64,000 nucleotides of DNA from NCBI GenBank assembly GCA_951406725.2, contig OX597823.1, positions 105,028,001-105,092,000 on the forward strand, read 5' to 3'. This stretch comes from Octopus vulgaris. Its lineage: Eukaryota. The notes under the pieces were generated by a model, which worked only from the letters and a program-made list of their open reading frames with translations, did no database searches and was not told the DNA's origin. Below are positions 41,344-53,345 of this stretch, in pieces (the stretch's first letter is position 1; each line of letters starts with the position of its first letter). Made by a program: the position numbers and the translations under genes.

Positions 41344-42268
41344 CCTTCATTCATACTATGCAAAACCTATGGCCTCAAAATACCTGATCCACCGGAACAC
41401 AGCCATTGCGGGCAATGCCAAATTCAATATTTTGATGGCAGACCTCGTCAGAATAATGAGAAATGTGTCACGCATGTGCGAGCCTACAGAATTAAAGAGA
41501 CACATACAGTATTTCATTCACCGCATGCAGTTCTCAGGTTACAGCCATAAAGAAAGGATCAGAGTATACAAAGGAGCCATGAAGAAATTTGATAATATAT
41601 TATGTAATGATAGGAATGGGATTTGCCCACTCTATAGGAACAAGTCATGGAACACTATAGAAAGGACAAAAAAAGAAAATAGGAAAATAGGGAAGGCCAA
41701 CTCTTGGTATGATAGCCATAAATACCAGAGTGTCATGTTCGTTGACACCACCCCTGGAGGTGAACTAGCGTACCGCTTTAGAAGGACCCTAGATAAACTT
41801 AAACTAAGAATTAAGGTTGTTGAAAAGCCAGGCAACCCTATCAGATCTATAATTGGTAGAAGCTATCCTTTTAGTAGAACTCTCTGTACGGATAACTATT
41901 GCACTGTATGTAGATTTAGCCCACAAACGAACTGTAAAGCCAGAAATGTGGTCTATAGTATAAGATGTATAGAGGGACGATGCAGTAACAAGACAGTAAC
42001 ATACGTAGGGGAAACTGCAAGAAGCATTGGTGAGCGGGTGAATGAACATTGGAGACAACTCAAGGAAGGTAAAAGCTCATCGATTCTGTACCAACACGCC
42101 GAACAAGAACACGGGGGATCAATCAATAACATAGAGATTAAGATATTGTCAACACATAGAACAGATGCAACAATTAGACAAATTACAGAAGCTACACATA
42201 TAATAGAAAATAAACCTAGCCTGAATAGAAAACTAGAATGGAGCAATAGCGCACACCACAACATATGA
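41344..42268 (+). CDS. PLE polyprotein C-terminal part: RT thumb, Cys-rich linker, GIY-YIG endonuclease (no native start)
   Basis: YYAKPMAS; CTDNYCTVC..NC; NVVYSIRC...YVGETARSIGERVNEH...EATHI...PSLN; frame open for ~308 codons. Confidence 0.88.
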
Positions 42269-42699
42269 CAATAGTGGATCCTGCAAACATAATAAATACA
42301 CGGGTAATTAAAGAAATAGAAATGAATATCTATATGTGTATATATGTGTGTATATGTGCATATATATGTATATGTATGTGTATATGTATGTATATATATA
42401 TATGTATATGTATATGTATATGTATGTATATATATATATGTATATGTATATTCTTTTCTTTTTTTTTATTTTTATTTATTTTTTTTTTAATTAATTTTTT
42501 TTTTTTTTCGATTAGATTTATTATTATTATTACTAATATTGTTGTTATACATACATACAAGCATATGTAATGATAATAATGGGTGGATGTAAACACATGA
42601 ACAAAATTAGAACAAAAGCAACAAAAACAAAATACAAATTACAAGAATGTATATAAACAGAAGATACAAATATTACAGACATCCCCCCCCACACACTAA

Positions 42700-42750
<51 letters not shown>

Positions 42751-44114
42751 AAATATAGTATAATATAATATAATATAATATAATATAAATAATATAAATA
42801 TATATGGGCAACACACGTACGTACATACACCTATTGCATATATGTTTTTTGTACGCATACATGTTCATAAACAGATATGAATGGAAAAATGTTGGTAAAT
42901 TTGTAGATTAACACTCACACGATCTTTACTAAGAAAAAAAAATCGGATTTTTTGCAAGGAATCAACTACTCTGGCCTCCTAATATGCTACAAAACCCTTT
43001 TTGTGGTCTGAAAAATGGGGTGAGGTGTGGTGGAAGCCTCGGAAACTGTACTCATTGTTACCTACCTCTTTGTTTCTTTGTTGTTAAATAAATGGATTCT
43101 TAACAAAACACTTTTTCCTCAGCGTAAAAAAAAACAAAACTCTTTCGTGCCCAAAGTAATGTGTGTGTGTGAGATGGGGGAGAAATATGAACGATTTAAA
43201 ATAAATAAATGGTTTAAAATATATTTTAATTGTTGTGAAGAAAGTATATATAATCTGATTATGAAATATAGTGTCTTTCAAAAACAACCTAAATATGAAG
43301 ATTATATCCCGTGTTTAAGAAAAAAACATTTTACATTTTTATTTTTGATGAACGCTGTCACTCTCCCTCTCTCTCTCTCACACTTTGTCTTTACCTTTTT
43401 TGTTAGACGCTGTCAAACTCTCTCCCTCTCTTCCTTACACATACTTTTTCTTTACTTTTTATTAGATGCTGTCAAACGCACTATCTCTCTCCCCCCACAC
43501 ACACACTTTCACTTGGCTATGGCAAGGAGGGACTTAACTCATGTTAGCAAACTTCAAAATTGGTAAAAGTTATGGTTGAAAGTAGATTTTTACTGCTATC
43601 CGTAGGTGCCTCGGGAAAAAATAAGTTGACAAAACGTAGGTATGGGTTCAGCAAATTAGAAATAACTTGGAATTTATGATGAATTTCATGGATTGTAGTT
43701 AAAAATCTTGGTAAATCAAAACTCATTAAAGGTTGTGAATTGTTTGGCATTAGAACATCAGACATTCTATCTTTGTGCTGCAAGTTCAAATCCTGTTGAG
43801 GTCAGCTTTGCCTTTTATCTCTTATAGAGTGTATAAAGCTTCAACCTAGTACAGAAATCTTTCATTTTCTCACTTCTCCATCTCTTTCTGTTTATGAAAT
43901 CAGCTTTGTTTGGATCTGGAGTGAGATGAGGTTGACCAAGTGTAAAATGTTGAGGATATTGGGAGTTTTGCGCTCAGCGTAAGACTCTCACTGTTGTTTA
44001 AAGTGCTTCTGACCATATTTACTTCATTCATTTACGTTCCTAATGACTTCCCCAACTCCTGTTCTCCTTCACTGCTCAGTCTTTGCCTTCTTGTCTTTTT
44101 ACACAAACATCTTA

Positions 44115-44161
44115 GTGCTCTCCCTTTCACTTGGTCTCTCTCTCTCTCTCTCTTTTAATAG

Positions 44162-44197
<36 letters not shown>

Positions 44198-44472
44198 CAC
44201 TTGGTCTCTCTCTCTCTCTTTTTCCTAGTCTCTCTCTCTTTCTTTCACTTGGCATCTCTCTCTCTTTCACTTGATCTCTCTCTCTTTCACTTAGTCTCTC
44301 TCTCTCTCTCTCTTTCACTTGGTCTCTCTCTCTTTCTTTCACTTGATCTCTCTCTCTTTCACTTGATCTCTCTCTCTCTCTTTCACTTAGTCTCTCTCTC
44401 TCTCTCACTTGGTCTCTCTCTCTCACTTGATCTCTCTCTTTCACTTGGTCTCTCTCTCTCTCCCTCTCTCCT
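44115..44472. repeat. Compound (CT)n-TTCACTTGGT minisatellite
   Basis: Direct reading. Confidence 0.9.
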
Positions 44473-45022
44473 TCTGAAACACTATGGAATATTCTCAATA
44501 AACTACACTTAGGAATTAATATGCTTTGTGTGTGTGTGTGTGTGTGTGTGCGTGTGTGTGTGTGTGCATGTGCTTATGTGTATTTGTGTATTAGAAAGAG
44601 TAAGAAAGAGTGAAAGTGAGAGAGAGAGAGAGAAAGAGAGGAAGGGTGAGAAAGATATTTAAGATTAATAACATATTTAATTGTGAAACTGATACTTTAT
44701 TTTGGAAGAAAAATAAGAAAAGTTGATACAATTACAATAGTACAGGTTGCGAGCAGGTGGATAGAATGTAACAAACAAGAACAACAACAGCAATAACTGT
44801 AATAAATTTATGTTATTCTTAAGATTCATTTGCAATTAAATTGGTTGGAATTTCTCTGCCAGAAATAACAAGTAAATATCTTCAGTTCTTCTTTGGTAGA
44901 CAATGTAAAGACATCTATCTTAGACAGAAAAAAAAAACTCTAAAAGTAAATTGAACAAAAACTAATAACTATTTCCCTAACAATGAGAAGTGTACAATTT
45001 GTGGCTGCTATTAGCTTCTTAA

Positions 45023-45054
<32 letters not shown>

Positions 45055-45123
45055 ACACACGCACACACACACACACGCACACACACACACACAGATGTGC
45101 ATATACACACCCATATCAGTAAC

Positions 45124-46272
45124 TGTTGTGTGGACGCCCCCAGACGATGAAGTAGACTAGCCTTATACGTAGATATAGAGGGAGAAGTCTAGCAATTGGA
45201 GAGAAGTTGAGTAGCGGTCATCCGAACGAGTGATATAACAGTGGTAACAAGGATTTCGTAGCTCACACAACCACTGTGTAGTATTGCGATCAAACAGCGG
45301 CGACGAGGTTTTGAATAGTACTGAAAGGGAAGAGTTACTGAAAGCAGGTTGAAAAGCACTATTCAGTGCACGAAGAGTGGTAATAACTGAAGCGCTGCAA
45401 AACAGAGTATTAAAAGACTTTCATGTAGGACATCTGGGGATTGTCCGAATGAAGAGCCTTATGAGAAGTTACGTTTATTGGCCGAATATGGACAAGCAAA
45501 TTGAAAGACTGGTAAAACAGTGTAGGGGATGCACTATGGCAGCAAAGACGCCCACAGTGCAGATTCAGCCGTGGCCAAAAACGGATTCGGCATGGTCTAG
45601 ACTACATGTGGATTTCACAGGACCAATAAATGGCTCTCATTATATCATTGTGGTGGATAGCTATTCCAAATGGCCTGAAGTGTGTAAATGTTCAAGGCCA
45701 ACCACAAGTGTGACTATTGACTTCTTGGAAGAACTGTTCATTTGTTATGGAGTCCCAGATACGATTGTGTCAGATAATGGTACAGAATTCACGGCGAAGG
45801 TGTACAAAAGATTCTGTAAGTCGGTTCAGATGAAGCATGTATTAACTCTACCATACCATCCAAGGTCAAATGGGTCAGCAGAAAGATTCGTCGACACATT
45901 CAAGATACCTTTATGGAAGACCAGATGGAAAACCCTTGAAGATACAAATATGACAAAGTTTTTGCAGGTGTATAGAATAACACCGAATCCAAATGCAGAG
46001 TTGGGTAGGTCACCTACAGATTTGATGTTTGCCAGAAAAATTCATTTTATTTTTTGACAAATGGTTGCCGAGTAGGAAACAGAAAATAGAAAATTTGGAA
46101 AGAAAAATGAATTTTTTAAACATAGGTGACAAAGTATATTTTAAAATATATAGTAACGGGAAACAGGACTGGGAACAAGGAAGTATAACTGGACGTCTGG
46201 GTAACGTTGATGTACATGGTAAAAGGAACAAAATATGAACACAGAAGGCATTTAAACCATACGCAGCTGTCC
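45124..46272 (+). mobile_element. Gypsy LTR-retrotransposon remnant: LTR (45124-45296), PBS-like site, internal deletion, integrase
   Basis: TGTTG...AAACA then GCGGCGACGAGG; ORF 45377-46057 with HVGHLG..YVYWPNMD..CRGC, LHVDF, VSDNGTEF, YHPRSNGSAERFV. Confidence 0.9.
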
Positions 46273-46295
46273 TATATATATATATATATATATAT

Positions 46296-46585
46296 ATATT
46301 CTGTTGTGTCTGGGGAGAGTCATTCTCTTTTAGTGCCTTATTATTTAACACGCTCACCGGTAAAATTTCCACTTATTTCTTGCAACCTTTTCAATAATCA
46401 TGACTATTGAAAAGACACAACGAAAATTTTAGAAAATGAAAATAAGAAATAAGTGGAAATTTTACCGGTGAGTGTGTTAAATAATAAGGCACTAAAACAG
46501 AATGACTTTCCCCAGACACAACAGAATATGCTTCAACACACAAACTCATATAAAGAATCTTGCAAACCAAATCCAAAAACGAAAT
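46296..46585. mobile_element. Fold-back element within (TA)n
   Basis: 46296-46381 is the reverse complement of 46444-46529. Confidence 0.8.
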
Positions 46586-46600
46586 ATATATATATATATA

Positions 46601-46943
46601 TAATAATAAATATTAGGGAATGAATCCAAATTTACAGGGAAAAATCAGATTTAGGGTTAAATCCAATTTTATAGTAAAATATTATATAATATAATTCGAG
46701 ACAAAACCACTATTTTAAAATCAAACAAGGAAAGACTTAATCAATACATAAAATTTTAATATAAATTAAATAAACCGCCACTACAATTGTTTCATGTCTG
46801 CTACTGACATTCTTCAGGTGGATTTTCGATCTTCTAATCAGTATCAAATTATGAAGTGGCGGTTTATTTAATTCATATTAAAATTTTATGTATTGATTAA
46901 GTCTTTCCTTGTTTGATTTTAAAATAGTGGTTTTGTCTCGAAT

Positions 46944-46947
<4 letters not shown>
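46601..46947 (-). mobile_element. Fold-back element with hammerhead, within (TA)n
   Basis: Arms 46690-46782 and 46855-46947; left end related to ~32960-33020. Confidence 0.85.
46778..46821 (-). ncRNA. Minimal type I hammerhead ribozyme, canonical core
   Basis: CCAC-CUGAAGA-AUGUC AGUAGCA GACAU-GAAA-CAAUUG-UA-GUGG. Confidence 0.88.
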
Positions 46948-46974
<27 letters not shown>

Positions 46975-46986
46975 CAACAATAGTAT

Positions 46987-48101
46987 TGTTACGAGGGGAC
47001 CTCCGAAAACTGTACGGAATCCCTCAGACAGGCCCGACTCGATCAGCGAATATTCTCGCCACGGAAACTTGTCGGAGAGAGGAGAGAGAGACACAACCAC
47101 AACAACAACAGCAGCAGAGAGACACAGAGGCAAGACGGCAAAACGGCAACACTGGCAACTAGTTTATATGACAATCAATGGTTACAACATCAAAGCATTT
47201 AAGGCAAACAACAAATCAATACATCATACGGTATACCACAGATCAAAGCATTTAACAACATGCATGTAACAATATAACAGTGTTCAGTAACGACACAACA
47301 AGTCCAGATCAAATAATGTTCACGATACGTCACAGTCCAATCAGAACACTTCGATACATTATACAATGTTCGTATCACAACAATTCACGTTACAATTCAA
47401 CAAGTCCTTTACTCAATTCACAATGTTCTTTATCGACTACATCGACAGAGTCCTTCTTTTACTCTCTTCTTTCTCTTCTTTTCTTTTACATCGTGACACG
47501 TATCAATACACAATCACATACCTTAATTCCTAACTGAATCGCCAGTGTCCCATTCTGCACTCATCTCTCAATACTGCTAAATCCAGCCCGCCAAACTCCT
47601 GCATCCCAACTTGCTTGCTCGTAAGATTCCACCGCTTGCTCCTAAGATTCCACCTACTTGCTCTGACTTCCAGAATCCCACTGTGTTCTTCGAGGACCGA
47701 CCACCGACTGCCCAAAACCTCACTTGCTCTACTCCTTCTTCCCACTCCCCTCATTTCCCTCTGTCTTTACTCTTATAGCCTCTCTATCAGCCCTCTGATT
47801 CCTTACTCTATCTTTATCCTCAATCTGTCCCTTAGCCTTATACTCTATCTCTCTCACTACTTTTCTTCTCTCTGCCCCTCATCCTCTCTCACTGCCAATA
47901 CCCTCTCCATCTGCTCTTAGATTCCTTACTCCATCTTTCTACCTCCTTCCTCCTCCTCTTCTTCAAGGGGTGTTTAGAACGACCTCTAATTTACCCGAAA
48001 GGGGTCGCAGAACCGATCAATCCACCTGAATCTGACAGGACAATGGGTTTATCCCAAAGTAGGTCACTGCCAACTGTCCCTAGACTGAACCATTCATAGC
48101 A
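46987..48101. mobile_element. Solo LTR (~1.1 kb) with 4-bp TSD GTAT
   Basis: TGTTACGA...TCATAGCA termini; GTAT at 46983-46986 and 48102-48105; removing it restores the host inverted-repeat arm. Confidence 0.85.
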
Positions 48102-48595
48102 GTATTAAGGAATGACCCTGACAGGCCGTTCAACTCACTTGAAAGAGACGCTAAACTCAAACCGCAAAATAGTAGTAATTCTGAAACTAAAGGAGAAATA
48201 AAAACATTTATCCCCTTCAACTTTGTACCATGCATAGTTTCAACATTTTTACGTAATCGAATTTAATTAAATTAAATTAAATCTGTTTACGGTGGATTTC
48301 GAAAATTTAGGATATATAAACTCGAGGCTTCGATGGTGCTGCCTCGTGTGTATATATTTTCCTTTTTTTGGCTACTTTGCTGATGAGACAAGCCAATCGT
48401 AAACGGATTTAATTTAATTTAATTAAATTCGATTACGTAAAAATGTTGAAACTATGCATGGTACAAAGTTGAAGGGGATAAATGTTTTTATTTCTCCTTT
48501 AGTTTCAGAATTACTACTATTTTGCGGTTTGAGTTTAGCGTCTCTTTCAAGTGAGTTGAACGGCCTGTCAGGGTCATTCCTTAATACTATTGTTG
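48102..48595. mobile_element. Fold-back element (~190-bp arms); true left end at ~46975, before the LTR insertion
   Basis: 48102-48291 is the reverse complement of ~48398-48587. Confidence 0.85.
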
Positions 48596-48719
48596 AATAT
48601 ATTATATAGTCTGTGACTATTTCTACTTTCTCACTTGACCGCTGGTTGCAGAAAATTTTTCTTGAATTTTTCTTGAATTTTTTTGCTACCCTTATATTGA
48701 TTGATTATATATATATATA

Positions 48720-48868
48720 ATTTAATATACACTGTATTAAAATAAGAGCTACTAAAAGTTTCTTGCCATTTAGACACAAGACAATTATAAGAATCTGTCT
48801 AACCACATGTCTCCATGGCAAGAAACTATTAGTAATAACTCTTATTTCAATACACTGTACATTAAATG
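48720..48868. repeat. Short imperfect palindrome (MITE-like)
   Basis: GTATTAAAATAAGAG..AGTTTCTTGCCAT versus ATGGCAAGAAACT..CTCTTATTTCAATAC. Confidence 0.6.
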
Positions 48869-48943
48869 ATATTTATCTCTCACTGAATGGAGTACCTTTT
48901 TAGCTGATCTTACCTTAGCAGAACAATAAACTATATACATACA

Positions 48944-48977
<34 letters not shown>

Positions 48978-48994
48978 CACATATACAGATACAA

Positions 48995-49034
<40 letters not shown>

Positions 49035-49343
49035 CCTATTTTGTAATTTTATAATATCATGATATCCATTTTTCTTGTCAGTATGGATGATGATATGCTT
49101 TATATGAAGCATTTCTGTAACCTTAGAAACAGATTTTATTGCTTTCAGACTCTTACCATTAACAGCTCTTCCAAAGAAAAAAAAACACCCTACAGATAAT
49201 GTAGTACAAATCATTTGAATTCAGGCTTGTATTATCCATTCTTTGCTACTCAGATGCAGGACCTTGAAAAAATGGCTGAAATGTAATATGGATCATATCT
49301 GCACAGCTCAAAATGATCCTTTGAGACAAAATGCATAATAGTA

Positions 49344-49467
<124 letters not shown>

Positions 49468-49913
49468 CCTTAAGCAACAAAAAATAAAATTTTAAAGTAC
49501 ATGTCTCAGTAAGCTTGTATCTAAATTTTATTTTTCATTTTTGTCAGTTCACAGGTCAAATGGAGCTTCAAAATTTTGCTTTACTTGACTTTTTTTTTAT
49601 TTTTTATTTTTTGCTTTTGTTTGCATCCAGTTTTGTAAATTCTTTGGCAAAATGATTTATTTATTTAGTGTTGTTGTTATTTTAGATTATTATAAAGTGG
49701 AAGAGTAAGTAGGTAGTATATGTTGCCTGCCTACAAGATAAACATTTTTACTGGTGCTTAAAAAAAAAAATGGAACTAATGGTATGTACAGTATAGTATA
49801 TAATAAAACTACTTTTCAAGTATATACAACAGTAAACATGTAGTGAGTGTGTGTGTATTTGTGTGTGTATACATACATGAATACACACGTGCTTATATAT
49901 ATGATGATGATGA

Positions 49914-49958
<45 letters not shown>

Positions 49959-49999
49959 CTACATATACATATATGTATATGCATTTCTATGTATGTGTG

Positions 50000-50036
<37 letters not shown>

Positions 50037-50719
50037 TTATGTATGTATTTGTATATGTATATTTGTGTCAATATATAATGTAGTAATTTTTTTTAAATGT
50101 CTATATACACAAATTCATGTGAATTTTGATTTCTTTTTAGTGCTCTGTAAACCAGAATTGAATAATAAACATGAGTTTTCATCTACCATTTCTCAAAAAA
50201 ACTGTCTGTGTGGTTGTGTGACGTGATTGTTAAAGTAGCAAGCAAAATATCTTGCTTTACTTTTCATTCTGAGTGCCACTGCAGATGTAGCAAATCTGTC
50301 TGTATACAGCAGCAAGTTGGAGCTTTGAATAGAAAATTGCCCTAATGAATGCAACAGCAAATTACTCTTATATCCTCCTGCAAAAAATTCCACATGGAAC
50401 ACTTGTCGTGCAGACTCATCCATTGTCTTTATATTATAGAAAGTGAAGGTGCAGTTGTTTGAAGCCCATCATCTTTATATTTACACCTACATATATATGG
50501 TGGTGGTGGGGGGGGATGTATTTATGTGTGTGTGTGTGTGTGAGTGCTTGTTGTTTGCCCCCCCCACCCACTGCTTGACAAATAGTGTTGGTTTGTTTAT
50601 ATCTCCAATAACTTAACAGTTCAGCTAAAGAGACTGATACAGTAAGTAACTAACTCCAAAAAAATAATTAGTGGGTGGTAGGGTGATTTGTTTGACAAAA
50701 GTATGTATGTGTTACTTTG

Positions 50720-51452
50720 GTAGATAAAGCAATTAAGGGTATGAAGATAGAGAAAGCCCCCGCCCCATGAGGAATCCCTGCAGAGATGCTGAAAATATCT
50801 GGTGGTGTTAGCTATAGTCTAGTCACGCACATAGCCAATCAGGTTATAACTGAAGGAGTCATACCCAATGACTGGTGTAGCAACACCATAGTCAGCTGCT
50901 ACAAATATAAGGATGATGCATTTGGTACAAGTAATTACAGAGGTATCAAGTTGTTGGACCAGCCCAACTAATTAGAGAGAGAGTTAGTCTAGACAAGATG
51001 CAGTTTGGGTTTGTGCCAGGGAAAATCGCCACTGATGCTATATTTCTGGTAAGACAGCTGCAGGAGAAATTCCTAGCCAAAGATAAACCTCTGTACCTGG
51101 CATTTGTTGACTTGGAAAAAACCTTTGACAGGGTCCCCTGATCCCTTATCTGGTGGTCAATGTGGAAACAAGGGATAGATGAGTGGTTAGTGAGAGCTGT
51201 GCAATCGATGTACAGGGATGCCATGTACAGGTGAGGGTTGGCAACAAGTACAGTGAAGAATTCCAAGTAGGAGTAGGGGTCCACCAAGGTTCAGTCCTCA
51301 CCCCTCTCTTATTCATCATAGTCCTCCAGGCAATAACAGAGGAATTCAAAACAGGATTCCCCTGGGAGCTTCTCTATGCTGATGACCTCACTCTAATAGC
51401 TGAGTCACTATCAGAACTAGAGGAGAAGTTTCAGATGTAGAAGCAAGGTCTC
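50720..51452 (+). mobile_element. RTE-clade RT fragment, disrupted
   Basis: NYRGIKLL, QFGFVPG, TDAIFLVRQLQEK, AFVDLEK, GVHQGSVLTPLLF, YADD. Confidence 0.9.
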
Positions 51453-51503
51453 CACAAATGTGTCTATTATTATTATTATCATTATTATTATTATTATTAT
51501 TAT

Positions 51504-52023
51504 TCAGTAGTTTTATTTTTATAGCGTGCTTTCACTTCACTACCGAGCGCAGCTCTGTGTGCCTTAGGTATGTGCTGTGATTTATTGTGATGCTCTGATG
51601 GTTATTGTATGGAAAGTGCTCTGCGTAGGATGTGTGCAGTGCCTAGTAGTGCAATTTTCTGTATGATATATGTGTTTGTAAGTCCTGGTGTTTTTGTTAT
51701 GTATTTGTCTGAATATTTTTTTATCATGCCTAATGCACCTACTATGATAGGAATTGTTTCTGTTTTCAGATTCCACATTCTAGTTACCTCTATTTCCAGG
51801 TCTTTGTATTTTGAGAGTTTCTCCATTTCTTTTAGAGACACGTTGTCATCTGCCGGTATTGATACATCAATTAGAAAGCATTTTTTTCTTCATGATCTCT
51901 GACAACTATATCTGGTCTGTTGGCCTTAATTTCTCTATCTGTGTGTATCGGCATATCCCAGAGTATTGTTGCTTTCTCGTTTTCTGTAACCTTTTCTGGT
52001 GTGTGCCTATACCATCTTTTTTC

Positions 52024-52025
<2 letters not shown>
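51504..52025 (-). mobile_element. Dong/R4-clade 3' fragment (restriction-like endonuclease) within (TAA)n
   Basis: RPDIVV...CFLIDVSIP..KEMEKLSKYKDL..IPIIVGALG..IQKIALLGTAHILRR; (TAA)n at 51465-51503 and 52026-52097. Confidence 0.88.
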
Positions 52026-52104
<79 letters not shown>

Positions 52105-52734
52105 GAGAAATGATTGAGATTCAGTTGAATTAGATACTTAAGTTAAAGTACCAAGTCAATTCGGTATTATCAGCACAGCTCAAAGTAAGGTAAATAAAAT
52201 CAAAATAAGAAACCCTTTAACTGGTAATTAACATCATGATTTAGCCTCCTTTTATAGACAGTTACTCTATCCAATTTACTAAGGTAATGTCTTGACAATA
52301 TTTATGACAATACCTAGCCATGTGCTGTCAACTCATTCTTGCCCTTCATTCTAAATAGACACTTAGATTTAGTAGTTGATAAAAAGACAAATAAATTAGA
52401 AATGAACCGCAATCCTTTACAAGCTATGACCCCAGTGGGCTTCATGCCTTTCTTGGAAGTGTAGTCTATTCTTAGCTACAATAGTGACAACATGGATTTC
52501 TTCCATTTTCTTGGTCTATTAAAATATTAGAGAAAAATTATATTAATGTGTCCAACTGATTAATGTTGTATTTAGTTGTGCAGCTGATGTTAGCTCTTAA
52601 TTTAAATTGATGTAATGATTGCATTGTTCAATTCAATGGAGCCACTTGAAACGGTCATACTGCATCACTTCTTGATATCCTGTTGCTGATTTTGATATAT
52701 ATATATTTATATATCAATCTATCTATCTATCTAT

Positions 52735-53300
52735 CTTCGGTCATGAATGACCATGGGATTGCACCTAGAAAGTTACCCTCTGAAGCACAAGTCTGCGTAA
52801 GGTTGTTTTATGGAAGACCAGCAGTCGCCAATGCAGACCAGCAGTCGCCCATGCAGACCAGCAGTCGCCCATGCAGACCAGCAGTCGCCCATGCATACCA
52901 GCAGCCTCCTCTATCAACGTCACCAATGTTATCCAAGGGAAAGGCAAAGGGGCCGATACAACTTGGCACCAGTGATGTTGCAGCTCATTTATTAACGTGC
53001 AAGTGGCTGAGCACTCCACAGACATGTGTACCCTTAATGTAGTTCTCAGGGAGAATCAGCATGACACAGAGTGTGATAAGGCTGGCCCTTTGAAATACAG
53101 GTACAACAGAAACAGGAAGAAAGAGTGAGATAAAGTTGTGGTGAAAGAGTACAGCAGGGTTCACCACCACCCACTGCCAGAGCTTCGTGGAGCTTTAGAT
53201 GTTTTTGCTCAATAAACACTCACAATGCCCAGTCTGGGAATTGAAACCGTGATCCTGCAACCACAAGTCCACTGCCCTAACCACTGGGCCATTGTGCCTC

Positions 53301-53302
<2 letters not shown>
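52735..53302 (-). mobile_element. SINE family A, full length, with internal 20-bp tandem repeat x4 (52816-52903)
   Basis: tRNA-like head near 53302; GACCAGCAGTCGCCCATGCA repeats. Confidence 0.8.

Positions 53303-53345
<43 letters not shown>

Larger units (their letters stand above)
40387..42701 (+). mobile_element. Penelope-like element, 5'-truncated with an inverted 3' copy, within (TA)n
   Basis: 40662-41343 is the reverse complement of 42026-42701; the left arm continues to 40387 and contains a hammerhead-like motif. Confidence 0.92.

Noticed and set aside
50193-50423. 76-aa ORF in non-repetitive sequence
   Set aside because: No motif support; length compatible with chance
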